From positions 129,285 through 193,284 of the forward strand of contig CANQYT010000001.1 of assembly GCA_947628135.1 (NCBI GenBank): 64,000 bases of DNA. The letters are read 5' to 3'. Positions 36,725 to 46,135 of this stretch are shown one piece after another. Position 1 is the first letter of the stretch; every line of letters starts with the position of its first letter. Both the position numbers and the translations under genes were made by a program. Under the pieces are notes generated by a model that saw nothing but the letters and a program-made list of their open reading frames with translations, had not been told where the DNA came from and made no database searches. Origin of the DNA: an uncultured Clostridia bacterium. Lineage in GTDB: Bacteria > Bacillota > Clostridia > Christensenellales > CAG-314.

Positions 36725-38302
36725 ATGCGTGATATAACGCTGACAAACGGCGGCAAACGCCGTGCAATATTGGCAGTTTTTGTTGCGGTAGCGTTGCTCG
36801 GCGCGGCTTTTGCGTTGTTTTTTGCGCCTGCGGCAAATGCCGCCCGCAGTGATACGGATTGGGTAACTGTGGGCGAAACTGTGCTTGCCCGCTCCTCCGA
36901 CGGCACAACCAAGTTCAACAAAAATTCGCTGGAAGCGCTGTACGGCTATCTCACCGCAGAGGGGACGTACTCGTCCGTTGCCGCTGCGGCACAGTCGGGC
37001 AAAACTTCCGCCGATTTCCGCACCCTCAACGGCGGAAAAAACGTTTCCGTCTATTTCGGCGGTTTCGAGTGGGACGTAGTGTACCTCACCACGGCGCAGA
37101 ACGGCGGTGGCAACACCAATAAAGGCGACGTCATTCTCGACTTGTGGCGTTCGGTGGACGATAATATGACTTATGCCAAAGACGCTGTTATACACTTCAA
37201 TGCCCCTATGTCTAATACAACCGTTAGGTATCCATCGATGTTGTATTCTGTGTATTATTCGCGCGTGGTGGGGTTAAATATCGGCGGGGCTTATAATTCC
37301 ACTAGTAGAGGGAGCTCTTTGGATTATGTAAATCAAGACGCCAATCATCAGTACGCCCGCTTTACTATGACCGAAGATCAGGGCGTATCGGGCAGTTTGA
37401 CGCAGTTCATTGCCACGCCCGTGCAGGTAGGCTATCAAGAACACGAGTGGGACGAAGCAACGTCCAACGCAATTAATTCGAACAAATATTATTGCCCCAA
37501 CGACGCCTACGGAGTTCCGGAAGTCGGTGGACAATGGATACGTAATGAGTTTAATTTACTTGAACGAGGTGATGATGAAGAACGTCCGGCAGTGGCAAAA
37601 TACGACGCTTGGAAGAACGACTATCTTTGGTTGGCTTCTATTTCTGAAACGGGTTTTGAGGATGACGTTGGCAACGGTATTTGGGATACTGATGTCTCTC
37701 TTCGGAGTTCTATTGAACTAAAAAGTTCTCGTCTGTCGACAAAAATAACTTTGTTACGCTCTCACAAAGGCGATACTCGTAGTGGGGGTTATTTTAGTAC
37801 ACTCGACGAGTCTGGTAACCAAGGAACTTTGACTGGTACCAGCAACGGTGTCGTTCGCCCCGCATTGCACCTCAATCTCACCCAAGCCAACGACAATTCG
37901 GAAGAGCCGTCGTTGTCCTACACGTTTGAATTGCCCGACTCGGTGGAATTTGCCGTCCAAGACGGGGTTGCAACTGCAACTATCAACGTCACGGCGAGCG
38001 ACATATACGTCCCCGCGGGCAAAACTCTCACGCTCTATGTAAAAGACAACGAAGGTCTACTCGAAAACACATTTTACCTTTGGAACGGCGGTACTAAGAA
38101 GGAGTACACCCTTTCCGCCTCGGGAGGGAACGCCGTCGAAAACGGTGCATTCGACCCCCTCTACGGCAAGATGATTTGGCAGTTGTCGAACGACAAAACT
38201 ATTGCTTCCGAAACGTTTACTATCACGCTTACCCTTGTCTCGTCTCCCACACGTGCGGGCACTTGGCAGGACGCGCTGACATTCACCGCTGTGGTCACTT
38301 AG
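36725..38302 (+). CDS. secreted large protein of unknown function (distant DUF6273-like features)
   Basis: Met 55 of ORF 36563..38302, preceded by AAAAGGGGG. Signal peptide RRAILAVFVAVALLGAAFALFFAPAANAA. Motifs FGGFEWDVVYL, DYLWLASISE and ITLLRS loosely echo the 13031 protein. Confidence 0.6.
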   Translation: MRDITLTNGGKRRAILAVFVAVALLGAAFALFFAPAANAARSDTDWVTVGETVLARSSDGTTKFNKNSLEALYGYLTAEGTYSSVAAAAQSGKTSADFRTLNGGKNVSVYFGGFEWDVVYLTTAQNGGGNTNKGDVILDLWRSVDDNMTYAKDAVIHFNAPMSNTTVRYPSMLYSVYYSRVVGLNIGGAYNSTSRGSSLDYVNQDANHQYARFTMTEDQGVSGSLTQFIATPVQVGYQEHEWDEATSNAINSNKYYCPNDAYGVPEVGGQWIRNEFNLLERGDDEERPAVAKYDAWKNDYLWLASISETGFEDDVGNGIWDTDVSLRSSIELKSSRLSTKITLLRSHKGDTRSGGYFSTLDESGNQGTLTGTSNGVVRPALHLNLTQANDNSEEPSLSYTFELPDSVEFAVQDGVATATINVTASDIYVPAGKTLTLYVKDNEGLLENTFYLWNGGTKKEYTLSASGGNAVENGAFDPLYGKMIWQLSNDKTIASETFTITLTLVSSPTRAGTWQDALTFTAVVT

Positions 38303-38346
38303 CGCCGCGCTGAGTTTTTGGGAATTGCAACAAGGAGACAAACACA

Positions 38347-38874
38347 ATGAACTTCGATTCTAAACGTGACAAAAAACTTCTGCTGACGGTAATTGCGTTG
38401 TTGCTGTTGGCTATGCTAACCGATCTACTTCTGTGCGTCTTGATGCTGGGCTACAAGCCGAGCGGAGACGTCACTTCCTCCTCCGGTGGCGGCGGCATTG
38501 GGTTCGACCCCGACGTTTCGGACGAACGTCCGGGCACGGTTACGCAAACGCAAAGCGTATCCGTGGCGGGTTTCTCGAAACTTACAATGCCGCCCGACGC
38601 CGACACAATTGCAATAGATTTGTACAACCCCGAGGAAAACTTCGGCTTGTACTATCTGACGTTTGAGTTGCGCTTGCGCCTTGACAACGGCGAATACGAA
38701 ACGCTGTACAAGTCCGGCTTGGTGGGCGCAGGCAAACACATCTATCAGATAACCCTTTCCCACGCGCTTAGCGCGGGCGAGTACTCGGGAGAGTTGTTTA
38801 TTCAGCCCTACCGTATGTCCGATATGTCCCCCACAAACACCGTGACGGGCAACCTGACGATAATAGTTAAGTGA
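38347..38874 (+). CDS. membrane-anchored extracellular protein, unknown function
   Basis: 175 aa. N-terminal TM (LLLTVIALLLLAMLTDLLLCVLML), a G/S linker, then a beta-rich domain. Confidence 0.55.
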   Translation: MNFDSKRDKKLLLTVIALLLLAMLTDLLLCVLMLGYKPSGDVTSSSGGGGIGFDPDVSDERPGTVTQTQSVSVAGFSKLTMPPDADTIAIDLYNPEENFGLYYLTFELRLRLDNGEYETLYKSGLVGAGKHIYQITLSHALSAGEYSGELFIQPYRMSDMSPTNTVTGNLTIIVK

Positions 38875-38925
38875 TGAATACGAGTAGGTCTCGTGTTTAT
38901 AAAAAAATATGGAGGTAACAAAACA

Positions 38926-39462
38926 ATGACAAAGACAATGACAAAGACCGCTTTGATAGTTTTCGCGGCAGTGTTGGTGCTGGCTGCGGTGTGCGTTGCA
39001 TTCGCTTGCACGGGCACGGCAAATGCGGCTGGACTCGCCAGCGATGGCAGTAACACCGGCTCGGTACAGGTGACGTACAGTGTTGAGGGCGGTTGGGCAG
39101 TAACAATTACCGACGGACCGATCAACCTTAAACCCGACCAAGAACAAACCATCACCGTAGAAGTGACCAAAGCCGTTTTGGGTGACGGTGAAACACTTTC
39201 GATAACGATCGAAAGCGAACACGACTACAAACTTGTACACGGCAGCGACTCTTTGGCTTACACCGTAAAGAAAGGCGCAACAACTTTCAGCTCAAGCGAA
39301 AAGACCGTTCTTGAAAATATCGACGGTACAACCGACCTTTCCGCAAACGGCAAAGCGGACTTGACAGTCAAACTTGAACAAGCCACCGCAAGCCAAGCCA
39401 AGTACGAAGGCGCGTACACCGACACGCTCAACTTCACGGTAAACACGAACGGCGGCGACTAA
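38926..39462 (+). CDS. secreted beta-rich protein, unknown function (pilin/WxL-like C-terminal strand)
   Basis: Met 12 of ORF 38893..39462, preceded by GGAGG. Signal peptide ending TANAAG. The C-terminus YEGAYTDTLNFTV resembles terminal strands of surface-fibre or WxL-type proteins. Resemblance only. Confidence 0.55.
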   Translation: MTKTMTKTALIVFAAVLVLAAVCVAFACTGTANAAGLASDGSNTGSVQVTYSVEGGWAVTITDGPINLKPDQEQTITVEVTKAVLGDGETLSITIESEHDYKLVHGSDSLAYTVKKGATTFSSSEKTVLENIDGTTDLSANGKADLTVKLEQATASQAKYEGAYTDTLNFTVNTNGGD

Positions 39463-39555
39463 CAAATTTCGTCTGGCGGTAGCGGTGCGCTTTGCCCGCT
39501 GCCGTCAAACGGCGTTGCGGTACAACAAATCAATGCAAAGGTAGGAGTAAAAATT

Positions 39556-40410
39556 ATGCTTGGCATTTTGGCAGATTCCATTTTCGGCACGCACGTAGAT
39601 TCCATTGCGGACATTCTGTTTTGGATAGTTTTGGCACAGGTGTTGCTTTTTGCCGCCGTGGAGGTGTGCATAGTAATTTTGTTACGCCGACCGAAAGACG
39701 CCGACCAATCGACCGAACAGCGCTCTCCCGAGCAGTCGCCCGCACCGAGCGGCGACGTTGCGGCGAGCGTTGCGGCGGAGCAGGTAGCCGCAGAGCAAGT
39801 AGTTTCGGAGCAGATTTCCGCAGAGCAGGTTGCGCCTCAGCAACAAGAGGCGGCGCAGCCCGCCCCCATCCTTGTTGACACGGCGGACTCTCACGAAGCG
39901 GGCGTCTTGCGCTACGACAAAAGTTTTGTGGCGCGTCTGATACAGTCGGACGATTGGCTCAAAGACCGTTACAACGTGTTGAAGAACGAACTTTTGAGTT
40001 ACAAAGGCGTAAAATGCCGTTACAATTGGAAGCGCGAAACTTTCAAAGCGGGCAAAAAGTACGTTGCTCGTCTGTTGTTCCGCGGCAAAACGCTGTGCGT
40101 TCTGTATCCGCTCGACCCCGAGACATATCCTGCCGACAGCGCATATCGCGCGGAAGCGGTAAACGCTCCCACGTTGACGGACACGCCGTCTATGTATCGC
40201 ATACGCAACGAAAAGCACTTCAAAGTGGCGCTTGCCCTGCTAAACGCGACGGCGAGGGAACTCGGGCTGACCCGTACCGCCCGTATCCCCGAGGACTACT
40301 ATATGCCCTACGAGGGTACTTTGCAACTCATAGAGCGCGGCTTGGTAAAGAGAAAAATCAAGTCCGCGAGCGAAGAGGCGATTTTCACGCGCAAAAACGG
40401 CGACGATTGA
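39556..40410 (+). CDS. membrane-anchored protein with an AEQV-repeat linker and a conserved C-terminal domain of unknown function
   Basis: 284 aa. N-terminal TM, a low-complexity repeat AAEQVAAEQVVSEQISAEQVAPQQQ, then a globular part (YDKSFVARLIQS...GKTLCVLYPLDP). Confidence 0.55.
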   Translation: MLGILADSIFGTHVDSIADILFWIVLAQVLLFAAVEVCIVILLRRPKDADQSTEQRSPEQSPAPSGDVAASVAAEQVAAEQVVSEQISAEQVAPQQQEAAQPAPILVDTADSHEAGVLRYDKSFVARLIQSDDWLKDRYNVLKNELLSYKGVKCRYNWKRETFKAGKKYVARLLFRGKTLCVLYPLDPETYPADSAYRAEAVNAPTLTDTPSMYRIRNEKHFKVALALLNATARELGLTRTARIPEDYYMPYEGTLQLIERGLVKRKIKSASEEAIFTRKNGDD

Positions 40411-40463
40411 CGGGCACGGCAGAGATCTGCACCCCGCCGTGGTACAACCATTTCAGCAAAAAA

Positions 40464-40499
40464 CAGCGCTTTCCACCTTGGAACGCGCCGTTTTTTTTT
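40464..40499 (+). terminator. rho-independent terminator closing the 36725-40410 operon
   Basis: Hairpin CAGCGCTTTCCA-cc-TTGGAACGCGCCG followed by T9. Confidence 0.75.
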
Positions 40500-40514
40500 G
40501 CCATTTGACTATTC

Positions 40515-41110
40515 TGTACGTGCCCTGTCCGCAGGAAACTCGCATTGTACTGCAACAAAACAACCTTCCCCGTCACGGGTAAGCCGTTACGGGGAAGGTG
40601 TCGCCCGACGGGCGACGGAAGAGGGGCTTTTCCGAAACCAACTCAATCCCTCGCCCCTCTTTCGTCTGCTACGCAGCCGCCTTCCCCGAAAGTCGCGCTT
40701 GCGCTGTTGACTGTCGGGGAAGGTCTGTTGCAGAATTGCACTTATGACTGTAAATACAGTATTGTTTTGAAACGTTATTTTTTTACTTTCTTTTTTAACT
40801 TTTCATCTATCAAATTTATTTACAATGTTCTGATTACCTTTTTTTGACCGCTTGTTTGTGTAGTTGTTTTTTATGTAAAAATTGTCTATATTATTTTTCT
40901 CCCACCCCGTCCGTAGGAAATTCACATCAAACAATTACAAACTTGTTCATTTTTTCTTTCACATTGTCCGCAGGAAACCCACATTGTATTGTGACAATAA
41001 AAACCGTCCCCGTCACGGGTAAGCCGTTACGGGGAAGGTGTCGCCCGACGGGCGACGGAAGAGGGGTTGTTGAACCCGACTGTTTTTATCTCCAAGTCGG
41101 CGCGGCGCGC
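40515..41110 (+). repeat. modular hairpin-repeat array B (3 units)
   Basis: Heads at 40527 (exact), 40909 (GTCCGTAGGAAA variant) and 40966 (exact). Unit 1 shares a 63-nt identical block and a 77/78 block with array A unit 1. Same orientation as array A. Confidence 0.9.
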
Positions 41111-41490
41111 CCCGCAGGGGTCGGTTGCAAGGAACGCCGTCAACCGAACCGACTTGCGTTTGGTCGGAACACACTTGCGTTTAATCGGAACATCATTACA
41201 AAATAAAATAGGAATTTGAGTGAGCGCAGGGCGTGTGGACACAACGCACAAGCGGAAAAAACTCAAATTCCGTCTGCAATCGGCGACAGGCGCGGCGATT
41301 GCAGCCCACCCCGGGGATGTCGGGGGTAGGGGAGACCCCGACGAAGTGTAAAAAAAAGAAGGCGCGTGCAGCGACTTCCTCAGTAGCCCGACCAAGTCGG
41401 CGCGGCGCGCCCCGTAGGGGTCGGTTGCAAGGAACGCCGTCAACCGAACCGACTTGCGTTTGGTCGGAATATACTTGCGTTTGGTCGGAA
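41092..41490 (+). repeat. 300-bp-period tandem duplication (about 1.3 copies) abutting the typA stop codon
   Basis: A ~99-nt block CCAAGTCGGCGCGGCGCGCCCCG(C/T)AGGGGTCGGTTGCAAGGAACGCCGTCAACCGAACCGACTTGCGTTTGGTCGGAA... starts at 41092 and again at 41392. It includes an internal 23-nt repeat, ACTTGCGTTT(GG/AA)TCGGAA. The 37-nt GC-rich motif sits between the copies at 41309-41345. Confidence 0.85.
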
Positions 41491-41491
41491 C

Positions 41492-43315
41492 TTATTTTTT
41501 GTTATTTCTCGCCCAAACGCGCATACGTTCGGAGTGGTCGAGAATTTGTTTGCGCAGGCGTATGGACGACGGTGTAACTTCCACAAGTTCGTCGTCGGCG
41601 ATAAATTCCAGACACTGTTCCAAACTCAGTACCGTAGGGGTGGTAAGTTTCAGCGCCTCGTCCGAGCCGCTTGCGCGGTTGTTGGTGAGGTGTTTTGTTT
41701 TGCACACGTTTACCGTGATGTCGTCCTCGCGGCTGTTTTCGCCTACTATCATTCCCGCGTAGACGGGCAAGCCCACTCCGACGAACAGGCGGCATCTTTC
41801 CTGCGCGTTGAACAGTCCGTAAGCGGTGGTGACTCCGTCCTCCCAGCACACGAGGCTGCCGCGAGTGCGTTCCGCCACTTCCCCTTTGTACGGTTCGTAG
41901 CCGTCAAGTACGCTGCTCATAATGCCGAATCCCTTTGTATCCGTCAGCAGTTCGCTGCGGTAGCCGAAGAGGGCGCGGCTCGGTATGCGGAATTCCAATT
42001 TTGTGCCGCCTTGGTTGTCCGGCGACATATTGATGAGTTCCGCTTTGCGCGTGCCCAATTTGTTCATCACAGCCCCGACGTAGGCGTCGGGCACTTCCAC
42101 AACGAGGTATTCTATCGGTTCGCAGGTAACGCCGTTTATCTCTTTCATTATCACTTTGGGGCGGGACACGGCAAATTCGTACCCCTCGCGGCGCATATTT
42201 TCTATCAGTATAGACAGGTGCAATTCGCCCCGTCCGTACACTTTGAAGCAGTCGGCGCTGTCCGTTTCTTCCACGCGCATACTGACGTTTGTTTCCACCT
42301 CGCGGAACAGGCGCGCTCTCAGGTGTCTGCTGGTGACGTATTTGCCCTCTTTCCCCGCAAACGGGCTGTCGTTTACGCGAAACAGCATACTTACCGTCGG
42401 CTCGTCTATGTTGACGAAGGGCAGCGGTTCAACGCAGTCGATAGAGCACAGCGTTTCGCCGATGTTGATGTCCGCGATGCCGTTTACCGCAACGATGTCC
42501 CCCATCGAGCCGCTTTCGCAGTCCACGCGTTTCAGTCCCTCAAATTGGTACAGGCGCGCCACTTTCGCGGTGGTAAAGGTGTTGTTTCTGTGGCACAGTA
42601 TCACTGGCTGACCGACGGACAGTTTGCCGCGGTTTACTTTGCCTATGCCTATGCGCCCCACGTAGTCGTCGTAGTCGATGTTGCAGATGAGCAGCTGCGT
42701 TCCGCCCTCTATGTCGCCCTGCGGCGCGGGAATTTCCGTCAGAATTGCGTCCAGCAGCGGGCGCATATCCGTACCGTGAGCGTCGAGGCTGTCGCTTGCC
42801 CAGCCCTGCTTTGCCGAAGCGTAAACTATTTTGAAGTCGAATTGCTCGTCGTTTGCGCCCAACTCCACAAACAACTCCATTATCTGCTCGCGCAGTTCGT
42901 GTTCGTCGAACTCGCCCTTGTCCACCTTGTTGATGACGACAAGCGCCTTTTTGCCCAAGCCGAGTGCCTTTTTGAGTACGTAGCGCGTTTGCGGCATACA
43001 GCCCTCTATCGCGTCCACGAGCAGCAGCACCCCGTCCACCATAGAAAGAATCCGTTCCACCTCGCCGCCGAAATCGGCGTGTCCGGGCGTGTCCACGATG
43101 TTGATTTTTACCCCGTTGTAGTGTACGGCGGTGTTTTTTGCAAGTATCGTTATGCCGCGCTCGCGTTCGATGTCGTTGCTGTCCATAACCCTTTCCGCAA
43201 CCACTTCGTTTGCGCGGAATACGCCGCTTTGCCTCAGCAACTGATCCACTAGCGTCGTTTTGCCGTGGTCTACGTGAGCGATTATTGCTATGTTACGTAC
43301 GTCTTGTCTTGTCAT
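41492..43315 (-). CDS. typA: translational GTPase TypA/BipA
   Basis: 607 aa. [33 protein letters not shown] and NKVDK. Confidence 0.95.
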   Translation of the reverse strand: MTRQDVRNIAIIAHVDHGKTTLVDQLLRQSGVFRANEVVAERVMDSNDIERERGITILAKNTAVHYNGVKINIVDTPGHADFGGEVERILSMVDGVLLLVDAIEGCMPQTRYVLKKALGLGKKALVVINKVDKGEFDEHELREQIMELFVELGANDEQFDFKIVYASAKQGWASDSLDAHGTDMRPLLDAILTEIPAPQGDIEGGTQLLICNIDYDDYVGRIGIGKVNRGKLSVGQPVILCHRNNTFTTAKVARLYQFEGLKRVDCESGSMGDIVAVNGIADINIGETLCSIDCVEPLPFVNIDEPTVSMLFRVNDSPFAGKEGKYVTSRHLRARLFREVETNVSMRVEETDSADCFKVYGRGELHLSILIENMRREGYEFAVSRPKVIMKEINGVTCEPIEYLVVEVPDAYVGAVMNKLGTRKAELINMSPDNQGGTKLEFRIPSRALFGYRSELLTDTKGFGIMSSVLDGYEPYKGEVAERTRGSLVCWEDGVTTAYGLFNAQERCRLFVGVGLPVYAGMIVGENSREDDITVNVCKTKHLTNNRASGSDEALKLTTPTVLSLEQCLEFIADDELVEVTPSSIRLRKQILDHSERMRVWARNNKK

Positions 43316-43591
43316 TTTTTCTCCGCAAGTGAGCGCCTTTTGCGCCGACTTGATTGGTCGTGATATTCTTTGATTTGTTCTTCAAAATTATACTCCTTGC
43401 GCCGCCGCTTAGTCAAACGAATGGGCAAAGGCAACGCGCTTTTTTTTTGATTTTTTTGCCGCTGTAAGTTAAATTTACAAAAAAATTCCAAACGCAACCG
43501 CAAGTTTACATAATGAAACTTAAAATCGGTGGCGCTAAGCGCGATTTTTTGATACAATAAAAGCACAAAACAAATTGTGAGGAGCAACGCG

Positions 43592-46135
43592 ATGACGTTA
43601 GGCGACAAATTGAGCAGACTGCGCAAACAGCACAACTACACGCAGGAACAGCTTGCCGACATAGTGGGAGTGTCCCGACAGTCGATAAGCAAATGGGAAA
43701 GCGACGCCGCTTACCCCGAAACGGACAAACTCATAGTTTTATCCAAACTTTTCCACTGCACGGTGGATTATCTTCTCAACGAAGATATAGATGAACCCGC
43801 TTCGCCCGCCGCAGTACAAGCGGACAAAGGCAAAGCGCTCGGTATGGGCGTGCTTAATTACTCTCCGTCCGTCGTTTTCCTCGTTTGGGCGTTGTCGCTG
43901 TGGGCAATGTTTGCCATAAACACGGTAAAAGGGATAGATTCCAACCTGTACGGCGTTGTGGCAAGCAACGTTTGGTTGGATGTGCGCCCCGCGATGTGCG
44001 TGCTGTTGTGTTTTGCGGGCGTAGCCACTCTCTACGGCGTGGCAATGACAGTGTGCCGACGTTTTGCAGCCGACTCGGTAAACGCCCTGCTACTTTACGT
44101 AAGTTACGCGCTGTATGCGGCGGTGTTCGGGTGCGCGTTGGCGTTGTTGGTGCAAACGGCGTATCTCGGTTCTGTCAAGGGCGCGTTGGCGGCGACGACG
44201 TTTGCCGTCACGGTGATATTTGCCGTGTTGCAGACGGCAGCGGCTCTTTTGAGAAGTTACTTTTTCGACACTCTGAAAAACGCCGCGCAGAAATTTTCGC
44301 AAGGGGTAACGCTCGCGGGAAAATGGTTTTGGGCAAAACGCGTAGTTACCTTTTCCGTCACGGCGGCGCTGATAGTGTGCATAACTCTCTCGGTGGCGCT
44401 GCCCGTAACGCTTTGCAGTCCTCTGCGTTTGAGCGTTGCCGAGAACATAAGTTTCGGCGATAGCTGCCTGCAAGTACGCAAAAAGTTGGGCAGTCCGCTG
44501 GACGTGACGGCTTTGGAAGAATATATGGATTCGGAATACACGTCGGAGCAGATGAAGAACGTCGATTTGTACTGCACGCCCAAAGCGCGCAGATACATCA
44601 ACGAAACGTTGCGCCTGATAAAATTGATGGACGGCGACGCAAGACCGAACGGCAACGAGTTGGCGATAGCATCGACAAAGTTGTTGCAGTTGAACAATTA
44701 CCTCTCCACGCTGAAAATGAAAAACCTTGCCGTCGAGTACGACGACCAAGGCGTATGCTGTGTGGAATTTGACAACAAATGCAACGGTCTGGGCGCAGAT
44801 CAAGTCAAATGGAACAAACGCGGAATACACAAACAGCGCGTGGAATTGCTGGACGCCGCGCTGCCTTTCGGCACTTCTCCCGAGGACGCCGATATGAGGT
44901 ATCGCGTGTACTACGCCGACGGCAGTTACCGAATGGACAGGATGGCAAACGTTTCGGCGGAGGGAAATTACAGAGACGGTTGGCAGTTAACGTGGAGCGA
45001 CGGTTGGGGTACTTATTCCCAAACGGTGTACGAAGAAGTAACTTCCGACGGTATCCGCGGCATTTCGGGCTACGCAAGTTTCGCGCTTATTCCGTTGTGG
45101 GGCGGCGGTTACAAACTTTCGCTGTCGGCAAGCAACGTTTCCGGCACGGACAACTTCGATGAGTACCGCGATCAAATATATGAAGTGGAGTTGCAAGACG
45201 GTTTGACGGAAATCCCCGACGACTGTTTCAGCGGGATAAGTTGGATAGCGGAAATCGTCCTGCCCGAAAGCGTCACGCGGATAGGCAAGCGCGCTTTTTA
45301 CAACTGTACCAACTTGCAAAGCATAGAACTTTCGCCCAACCTCACCGAGATAGACGACAGCGCGTTTGAGGGTTGTACATTGCTGGGGCGGGTAGAGGGA
45401 GAGTCCTCGCTTACGCGGATAGGTAAGCGCGCTTTCTACGGCTGTACCCTTTTCGATGGCTGGGCATATATTCCCGACACTATAAAAACAATCGACGACT
45501 ACGCCTTTTACAATTGCGAATCTTTCGGTCTGAGGTGGAATGAAACGTATCTGCCGAGCAACGCAATCAGAATAGGCGATGGCGCATTTCAGAATTGCAC
45601 CTCGCTGCGTCAACTGTATTGCAACAATTACAATCTGAGCAGCGGAATGCTGTTAATAGGCAAATATGCTTTTGCCGGGTGTACGGGTCTTAATTGGGTA
45701 GAATTCGACGGCGGTAACGGCGATTATTCCACAACGGTCGGGCTTTCTCCCCATTGCTTTGAAGGCTGCACCGAGTTGACGACTTGCTACATCAACGTGT
45801 ATTACAGTATTCCTCAATACGCCTTTGCCGACTGCACGAATCTCATTTGTTTTGCAGATAAAAGCTGGGGTTCAGAGGGCTTTAAGTATGTAGAAATTAT
45901 CACAAGTTGCGCTTTCCAAAATTGCTTGGTGCTGCAAGCGATGAATTTCTACGCGCTTACAACCATACAGGCGCGCGCTTTTGAGGGATGTAACGAGGTC
46001 GAATTAAACGTTTCCTATCACAAATGGTCGGTAACAAACGGAGTCCAGACAAGAACGGTAGAAAACAACGGCAACTTCCTTTTCAACAGCGACATTTCCA
46101 CTTATGTGGACTTCACTTGGACGGCAGTGGAATAA
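43592..46135 (+). CDS. XRE-HTH / multi-pass membrane / BspA-type leucine-rich-repeat fusion protein
   Basis: Met 6 of ORF 43577..46135, preceded by GAGGAG. N-terminal HTH (YTQEQLADIVGVSRQSISKWESD), about 6 hydrophobic segments, and C-terminal repeats such as IGKRAFYNCTNLQSIELSPNLTEIDDSAFEGCTLL. Confidence 0.75.
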   Translation: MTLGDKLSRLRKQHNYTQEQLADIVGVSRQSISKWESDAAYPETDKLIVLSKLFHCTVDYLLNEDIDEPASPAAVQADKGKALGMGVLNYSPSVVFLVWALSLWAMFAINTVKGIDSNLYGVVASNVWLDVRPAMCVLLCFAGVATLYGVAMTVCRRFAADSVNALLLYVSYALYAAVFGCALALLVQTAYLGSVKGALAATTFAVTVIFAVLQTAAALLRSYFFDTLKNAAQKFSQGVTLAGKWFWAKRVVTFSVTAALIVCITLSVALPVTLCSPLRLSVAENISFGDSCLQVRKKLGSPLDVTALEEYMDSEYTSEQMKNVDLYCTPKARRYINETLRLIKLMDGDARPNGNELAIASTKLLQLNNYLSTLKMKNLAVEYDDQGVCCVEFDNKCNGLGADQVKWNKRGIHKQRVELLDAALPFGTSPEDADMRYRVYYADGSYRMDRMANVSAEGNYRDGWQLTWSDGWGTYSQTVYEEVTSDGIRGISGYASFALIPLWGGGYKLSLSASNVSGTDNFDEYRDQIYEVELQDGLTEIPDDCFSGISWIAEIVLPESVTRIGKRAFYNCTNLQSIELSPNLTEIDDSAFEGCTLLGRVEGESSLTRIGKRAFYGCTLFDGWAYIPDTIKTIDDYAFYNCESFGLRWNETYLPSNAIRIGDGAFQNCTSLRQLYCNNYNLSSGMLLIGKYAFAGCTGLNWVEFDGGNGDYSTTVGLSPHCFEGCTELTTCYINVYYSIPQYAFADCTNLICFADKSWGSEGFKYVEIITSCAFQNCLVLQAMNFYALTTIQARAFEGCNEVELNVSYHKWSVTNGVQTRTVENNGNFLFNSDISTYVDFTWTAVE

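Noticed and set aside
33863-41345. Whole-island inversion mediated by the inverted 37-nt motifs and the serine recombinase.
   Set aside because: Not rejected outright, but it is not called as a feature. The motifs are GC-rich palindromes unlike typical hix/gix sites. They sit inside local duplications that suggest independent small insertions. The much better-formed inverted repeats at 36495/36668 are the likelier substrate of the recombinase.
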